A stretch of 64,000 nucleotides of DNA from Eimeria praecox (lineage: Eukaryota). Numbering within the stretch: position 1 is the stretch's first letter; every line of letters starts with the position of its first letter. Below are positions 56,926 to 64,000 of the stretch, piece after piece. Below the pieces are notes generated by a model. That model did no database searches, was not told the origin of the DNA, and worked only from the letters and a program-made list of their open reading frames with translations. Both the position numbers and the translations under genes were made by a program. Location of the stretch: positions 2,418,001 through 2,482,000 of the forward strand of contig OY986947.1 in the NCBI GenBank assembly GCA_963920595.1, given 5' to 3'.

Positions 56926-58335
56926 AGGTTGCTGTTAGGCGAGTGTGTTGTGAGCCTTTTGCCCCCAGTTTTCTTTCAAGGAAAAAACAGGCCAACAACT
57001 CTGGCTGGGCTTATCATGCCCCACCTCGTCTGAGGAGATGTGCCTCCTCCCTTCGCCAGCAACGGGACCCTGTGCGGCGGTGCTAAGAAGCGTGCGGGCA
57101 GAACGGGAGGTTGCCTACGTTTCGAGGAATAGTGGAGAGAAACTCCCTGATTGTATGGAAACTCGCATACATCAGGTAGTGGCTGAAGTAGCATCTGCAC
57201 CGTTGTGGATAAGCTCTGCAAGTGCTTCCGCTTCATCCCCTGCTCGCGTTCGGTTGCACTGGAAGGAATGCAGTGGGGAGCGGGACGAAAGGGCACTCTC
57301 TAAGAGGCATAGCGCCAGACAAGAAAGTTTAGCGAAGGGCAGCCGTGGTGTACAACGTAGCCATCGGGAAAGCCACCTATAAAGCGTGCCTACATCATCG
57401 TGATTCTTATTCCCCTAGACGGTGACTTCCGCTATGCAAGCCATAACTCGGAAACTGCAGTCTCTGTCAGAATCGAAGTGCTTGAAAATGTCGGAATCCA
57501 TTATTGTTTCCTGCTCTGCAGGAGGCTTAGTGTCCCGGTGAAGTAATATAGCTGTAAGACGCTGCATGAGGTCTAGAACAGCCCAAAGCGAGGAACGTTC
57601 AAGCATGCAAGTCTAAACACAATGGCTCCGCAATGAGTCTACAGCGCCCGCTTCCCATCAGGGCATGCAGGCGAGACCACCGAAGCAGCTCTTCTGGTTT
57701 GCATGCATTTTTTCTCTAGTAAAGAGACTTAGGGGCCCTTTACTCCAGTGACCCGCGATGTAATTGCACCGCAAACGTGCTGCAGGGCCTAGGAAGTGGC
57801 AAACCGTACTCCTCAGGGCATACACTAGCACTGACCTCATAACAGAATGTGCGCACCGACGCACTATGGATAAAACGCTGACTGCACATAAAGACAACAG
57901 GCAGCTACCTCTACGTTTAACCGCATTGGCAAAGGCCACTGAAAATTCCCTGCGAGAAACGAATTGCCGGCAACGGTGCAAAACAAAGGCCATGCAGCAT
58001 GACCTGTCTTCTACTTGCTTGCGCATTAGGTGCTGATGACCCAGTAAGTATATATCAAATGTCTACAGTGTCACGCGTGCGTCGGGGCTTGCTGTATGGC
58101 TGCATGTGGGTTTGCCTTGCAACAGTTGCTCCAGCAAGGAACGCTGCAACCCATGAGAGGTCGCCTCCTCTCTGCATCATCCCCAGACCTTTTGTGCCGC
58201 TGTGTTCACGACGACTAGAGACTGGAAGGGCGGGCACCTGCTTTTTGAGAACTCTTGAGGACTCGTGTTACAGGCCAAGATGAACAAGAATGCTGAGTGC
58301 CCTCCGAGAATGGCACGTAGTGCTGACTTCTAAGA

Positions 58336-58380
58336 CGGCTGTTAACCGAAAAGTCGCTGGTTCGATCCCAGCCTGTGGAG
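58336..58380 (+). pseudogene. tRNA-Asn(GTT) 3' fragment (anticodon loop to discriminator)
   Basis: CGG-CTGTTAA-CCG anticodon arm, AAAAGTC, a perfect T-arm GCTGG-TTCGATC-CCAGC, then CTGTGGAG. There is no D-arm or 5' acceptor strand upstream. Confidence 0.8.
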
Positions 58381-58737
58381 TTGCGGGCACCTAAGAGTAC
58401 AGGGCGTGTTTTGCTTGTTGCCCGCGTCTACCCAGCCCTGCGCATGCATGCCATGAAACTCATAGTTAATATGGTTGGGGTCCTCAGACAACGCCGCCCC
58501 CTGGTGGACACTTCCATGTCTTGCTAGAACGCAAAAGATCTCGTACTCGTTTCATTCAAAGAATGACTCGCACTGTAAACCACCTGTAGCTTTGTTTAAA
58601 ATAACCTCGCATACTAGCCAGCTGCAGCTGAACCTTTTCTAGAACAAATGCTGTGATAGACACAAATGATGTCTTCGATAATCTTCTGTCCACACTGTCA
58701 AGGCTGCACATATAAGCGTGGGCACTTGAAGGAGTTA

Positions 58738-61700
58738 TCATTGCCTACTGTTGCCCCCGTAATCTCCCCAAAGACTCCATGCTGGACCCTCTTGAGTCTG
58801 CGGTGTTCCGCCAAAGGCTGCGGATGCTCCTTGGCTTCCTGACGGTGCTTCTAGGCTGACATCAACCAACGGAGGTATCTCCTGGTTCTCTCCAGAGGGA
58901 GGAAGTGACTGAGAAGAAGGATCTTGCAGCCATCGCGCCTCCCACTGATCTATCCGCTCAGGCTCATTAGGCGAATGAGCCCCTTCCCCTGGAAACGCTT
59001 CAGCAATTAGACCCAAGACAGGATTAAGGTCCCAAGCACGGAGCGGCCTACTGTTGCCCCCGTAATCTCCCCGAAGACTCCATGCTGGACCCCCTTGAGT
59101 CTGCGGTGTTCCGCCAAAGGCTGCGGATGCTCCTTGGCGTCCTGACGGTACTTCCAGGCTGCCATCAATTACCGGAGGTATCTCCTAGTTCTCTCCAGAG
59201 GAAATGACTGGGAAGAAGGATCTCGCAGCCCTCCCGCCTCCCGCTGATCTATCCGCTCAGGCTCACTAGGCGAATGAGCCCCTTCCCCTGGAAACGCTTC
59301 AGCAATTAGACCCAAGACAGGATTAAGGTCCCAAGCACGGAGCGGCCTACTGTTGCCCCCGTAATCTCCCCGAAGACTCCATGCTGGACCCTCTTGAGTC
59401 TGCGGTGTTCCGCCAAAGGCTGCGGATGCTCCTTGGCGTCCTGATGGTACTTCTCGGCTGGCATCAATTACCGGAGGTATCTCCTGGTTCTCTCCAGAGG
59501 GAGGAAATGACTGAGAAGAAGGATCTTGCAGCCATCCCGCCTCCCGCTGATCTATCCGCTCAGGCTCATTAGGCGAATGAGCCCCTTCCCCTGGAAACGC
59601 TTCAGCAATTAGACCCAAGACAGGATTAAGCTCCCAAGCATGGAGCGGCCTACTGTTGCCCCCGTATTCTCCCCGAAGACTCCATGCTGGACCCTCTTGA
59701 GTCTGCGCTGTTCCGCCAAAGGCTGCGGATGCTCCTTGGCGTCCTGATGGTACTTCTAGGCTGGCATCAATTACCGGAGGTGTCTGCTGGTTCTCTCCAG
59801 AAGGAGGAAATGACTGAGAAGAAGGATCCTGCAGCCATCGCGCCTCCCACTGATCTATCCGCTCAGGCTCATTAGGCCAATGAGTCCCTTCCCCTGGAAA
59901 CGCTTCAGCAATTAGACCCAAGACAGGATTAAAGTCCCAAGTACGGACCGGAGAATGCGGGTAAGTACCTTCTAGGGAATTTCTATCTTTCGGTGGCCAA
60001 AACACTGTAGGAGGTACAAATCTAGAGGCAGGCATCTGCCGCGAACCTCCAGAGAACGGCGGGGGAGGTGCCTGCACGTGCCGTGGTGTTTCTGACGTGG
60101 GATGTTGAAAGGCATGGCTGGGGAATCGAACAGGCGAAGATCTAGGAGGTTGAAGATGTCCCGGGCCGGTAAAATGTCTAGGGAATGGGTGGGGCGGCCT
60201 AGGTTGGTGATGATGAGGTGTGGGGCTTATGTGTGAAGAGGGGTGTCCTGGGGGCATTGCTTGCAAGTACCCAGCCTGGCTATAAGCGGGCATGGGTGGC
60301 CGTCTTTGCGGGCTCTGCATAGTGGTAGAGGGACCGCCGGTTTGCCATGGGGAAGCAAATCCAGGGGGTGGTGGAGCGGTCCATGAAGCATGCACGATAC
60401 CGGGGTAGGCACTGGACGTGTCCCGCTCTGCCTCCTGCGTAATTCCTCTCGGTCGAAAGACGGGAGCTTCTGCTCGAAATCCAGACACTGATGTAGATGA
60501 ACTGAACGAGGATTGCTGCTGTTCCCTCGATTCTTGCTGCGTCACCTGCGAAGTTGGAGCGGAGTGAGCAGGAAGCTGATCAGGGAGCTCAGGAGGAGCG
60601 GTGGGAATATGCTGGCGCGAGTCTTTACGAGGAGGATGTGATGATTGGGGCACAGGGAGGTTCAAAAAGGTGGGCGTTGGTGTGGGCAAGGCTCCTTGGC
60701 AAGGAGCAGGAAGGGGCCTGGAAGGAAGCGGAGGCGGTACGCCTACTCCAGACCTCAGCACGGCCAATTGTTCACCAGGTTGAATGGCCACTGCAGTGTT
60801 CTCGGCTGGCTGGCTGGTTGAATGATGCTGTTCTTGGAGCGGCTGCAGCTCCTGAGGTTGCTCTTGCACTCGCTGCTCTTGGACGGTCTGTTCTAGCTGC
60901 GGATGGCTCAAAGCAGATTTGATGCTGCTGGCAAGCTGAGCTGCGCGGCGCTTGTAGCCTTTCCGGAGGCGTCTAGCCTCCTTCGTCGCTGATAACGAAG
61001 CAGGAGGAGTTTTCTCATCTTGGCGGTGTTGAAAAATGCCAAAGAAGCCAAGCCGTGTTTGCTTCTCTTCCACATAAGACTTCGTGTTGGCGTCTGCCTT
61101 GAGTCGATGTTTGGCCTCGTGCCGTGTGTACGAAACAACTTTGATAGCTCGTTCGCTTACGTCTTCGGGGATAGCAACAGACCTTTCAACCCAGGGCTGC
61201 AGCTGTTCGAGAGCCTCTTTACTCTCTGAAATTCTAAACACGGATATCTTTGCCTCTGCAGGCAACTGCTCACCGAACTGCCCTGTTCCGGGAGTTTTAA
61301 AAAGTTCCAACAGATTCAGCATATCTGTCCCTCGGCCCACTTTCTGAAAGCTCTCGCCATCCTCTTGCAGCTTTTCTAAGGCCTCCCGCCCCAGCTTTAA
61401 AAGGAAATCTATTGTCTTGACTCTCTCTTGCTCCACCCGGGGAGTTGAGTACACCCCATAAAAAGCAACCTCCTGTGTGCAGATAGTCAACAGCAAGACA
61501 AAGAGAGCAGCCTTCTTGTCACAGGGGAGATGCGGCACTGTTTCCAGGCCAAGAGCCATGATACTCCTCAACTCATCTAATACCCGCAGAGCCTCCGACT
61601 CTCCCGTTTCCTGGGACGTGTCTTCTTCCTCTCGTGCCCTTGCACCCCCTGCCTTCTCCTCCCCTTTCTCCTCCTCCTCCTCCTCGTCGTCGTCGTCGTC

Positions 61701-62222
61701 CTCCTCCTCCTCCCTCTCAGCGCAGGCCTCTACCCATTGCGCCTCTAACTCTGAACCCGAGAGAGCCCTTTTACCCACAGACCCAAACAACTTCGTGGAC
61801 ATGAGAGCCTTCTGTGCACACTGCAACACAACAAAGGCCACTGCTAAACACACAACCGCCACCAAACCCACGGTAACGGCCCTAAGATGCGGCCCTTGCC
61901 ACTTCTTCTGCTGCACTATAAATACCCAGGGCCCCAATCCACTCAAAGGGTCGCCAACAACCAGATCCCCCGGGGTCAAGGGATGGAGACGCTCATGCTC
62001 GTCCTGCAGCATGGCAACTGATGCTGCATGTCTCTGGCTTGAAGACGTATCGGTCATCTCTAGCGCACTAGCTAGCAATGCTTCTATTACTGATGCAGCA
62101 GCGAACATCGCTATACACACTCGCAGGCCGGGCAGCCCCCATGCGCGCTTGCAGATTCTGCAATGGGGAGAGGCCCGCATTAGCATCTGCTGGATATTCC
62201 AAGTTCTCCAGGTCGCGGCCAT
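58738..62222 (-). CDS. Lineage-specific TM protein family member, copy B, with C-terminal 101-aa tandem repeats and a -4 frameshift
   Basis: The 1017-aa ORF 62222-59169 is paralogous to copy A. The ancestral stop is at 58738, beyond a 4-bp deletion near 59200. The start codon is uncertain (shared MFAAAS or MRASPH). Confidence 0.75.
58744..59945 (-). repeat. Four tandem coding repeats of 303 bp (one is 299 bp)
   Basis: The anchor CCTACTGTTGCCCCCGTA occurs at 58744, 59047, 59346 and 59649 (spacings 303, 299, 303). Copy A has a single unit. Confidence 0.92.
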
Positions 62223-64000
62223 TTCCGCATACAGGAGATATAAAATTCCCTCTATGTGGGGTTGCGCGCAAAGTTGTACTTCTCCGATATGTGTCTAATC
62301 CAAATACTTCATTGACGCTGCTGAAAAGGATGTACACACCGTGTTAGACACGCTACCGCAAGGGTGGCTTTAAAACCTATTAACCAAGATACCCGGTCCG
62401 TCTACAGATTCACCTTGTAGACTCGTGGACTCTGGAAACAGGTACAACTACCGCTGTTATCCTTCCGCCCTGTCGGCGCTGAGGATCCACGGGAAGAAAA
62501 AGAAGCCCTGCTGCCTCGGTTGGGTCATTTGATATTTAGTATGAATTCATGTGTTGTTCGGGAACTTGACGCCCAGGAGGTGTAGTGATGAGGGAGGTGG
62601 GAACCAGCTTGTCTACTGAGGGAAAGCAGAGGCCGGGAGGTTCAGTGGCAAATAACTCAGCAGTGGGACCGGCAACTGAAGAGAAAAAACTCCTAAATTG
62701 TTTTCTGAACGACCATGAATAAGGAAGCTTTACTAATTAATTTTACGCCTCAAAGAAGAAGACTGGGCCTGGGACCCTCATCGCCACGTCGCTGAATGAT
62801 GAAAAAAAAGTACGGTAAGCAGAGGAATAAATGTTAATGGATACCAGTAAAATGCGTATTTTTACATATTGGAAGGCCATATTTGGAACCGCGTTCGTTT
62901 CCACCATGAATTACGGCACAATCGGCGGGCTCCCAACGCTCTTGCATCGAATTCCACGCACGATGCAATGGGGAGCAATGGGGATCCTCTGACGGTACAT
63001 CTTCATACTATCCTTCTGGCAAAGTTATCCTGGTTTTTTCCTGGCTGGAAGCGGCTAGAAATGGCCGTCGCTTGTGTCAGCAGCTTGCAGTGCATATTTC
63101 TTTTCTTAGCAAGGTGAAATAGGCATATATGCAACATACTCTGTATAGTGTGTGGCACTACACATTTGCACTGAAATCGCCTCCCAACGTTAGACAAAGC
63201 AGCGTAAGAACAAATACTGTAAATTCCGAAACAAAGCATAAGAACGAAAGTGAGCTTCGCGGCAGATTACGGCTAGCGCGCACTGCAGCTTTGCCCACGA
63301 CTTGCATATACCGATCCGCATTATTACTGCCACTGGCACGACCCGGGGAGTGCTCTTTCCCTCGGGGGAGAGTTCCTTCCTTTGGGGATAAGTGGAGTCT
63401 TATGATGTATGCCCTTGGCCCTATAATGCAGGTTTCGATGCATTTAGTGAATGGAGAATAGAATGCATCTAGACAGCTAGCGTAGGAATACAGGTAGTTG
63501 GTAGGCCGGGCCCAGCTCACTACAGCATGTGCGATGGTGGTACTCGTATCTATACTTCCTCACATGCCGCCTATGGAGGGCCAAGGCTCAAGCACGTCTG
63601 TAACAACTGCCTACACTACAGTCTACAAAGTTAGTCTAGCATGGTCTGCATGGTGTTGGTACTGGTATCCCTACTTGTCCGCAGGTTAAATAAGGAGGTT
63701 CAAGAAAAGGTTTAAATATCGTCTACACTTCAGTCTACATTGAGAGCACATGCACCGAAGGGACATTGGCTATGCGTGCACGTGGGGCCGCCTTCCAGCA
63801 CTAGTCACACTAAGGAGCGCTGCAGTGCATGACAGGGCCGGCCTGTGCCCGCACCAACCCACGCCCTAGGGCGTCTGTGCCGAGGGTGCCTTTCACGAAC
63901 TCTTTCTTTCAGCAGTTGACCCAGTTGCAGCTCGCCAGGATCCCCCGACGAGAGTCCCTGACGTAGAGATACGCGTATCAACACCACACAGAGCATGGTA

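Larger units (their letters stand above)
51500..62800. repeat. Large inverted segmental duplication: arm A about 51500-56190, spacer about 56190-57280, arm B about 57280-62800
   Basis: Mirror ORFs (e.g. 55869+/57606-, 55449+/58026-) and directly aligned sequence. Inner ends are nearly identical and outer ends are more diverged. Confidence 0.95.

Noticed and set aside
58300..58385. Intact tRNA-Asn gene
   Set aside because: It lacks the 5' acceptor strand, the D-arm/A-box and a full anticodon stem, so it is reported as a fragment only.
54748..58741. Mirror-image short ORFs (122, 94, 90 and 63 aa)
   Set aside because: Their duplication reflects the inverted repeat, not coding conservation, and no domains are recognisable.
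62869..63996. Short overlapping ORFs at the window end
   Set aside because: No recognisable motif or splice-supported model.

Overview
Eukaryotic, intron-rich DNA with the hallmarks of a coccidian Eimeria-type genome: dense (CAG)n trinucleotide tracts, internal telomere-like (AAACCCT)n heptamers and TGCATGCA octamers. The species cannot be fixed from the sequence alone. Most ORF-track entries are microsatellite artefacts, so genes were rebuilt by hand from splice sites. The repeat-rich segment (about 1-41.7 kb) holds ten gene models: a protein with two LSD1-like zinc ribbons, a small MGxxCC dual-acylation candidate, a secreted coiled-coil protein, a rhodanese + DSP pseudophosphatase (STYXL1/MKP-like), a DnaJ protein, a 10-exon putative apicoplast protein, an 80-aa single-TM microprotein, mitochondrial-type phosphatidylserine decarboxylase, DNA primase large subunit and a putative mitochondrial hypothetical protein. 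These are followed by a decayed Ty3/gypsy pol (42.5-44.9 kb), a short inverted-repeat element and a 9-exon cofactor-dependent phosphoglycerate mutase. The repeat-poor end contains an inverted duplication of about 11 kb with two convergent paralogues of a lineage-specific TM protein. Each paralogue carries its own 4-bp frameshift, one has a 303-bp coding tandem array, and one arm has captured a tRNA-Asn 3' fragment. All identities rest on motif recognition by eye; no searches were run.
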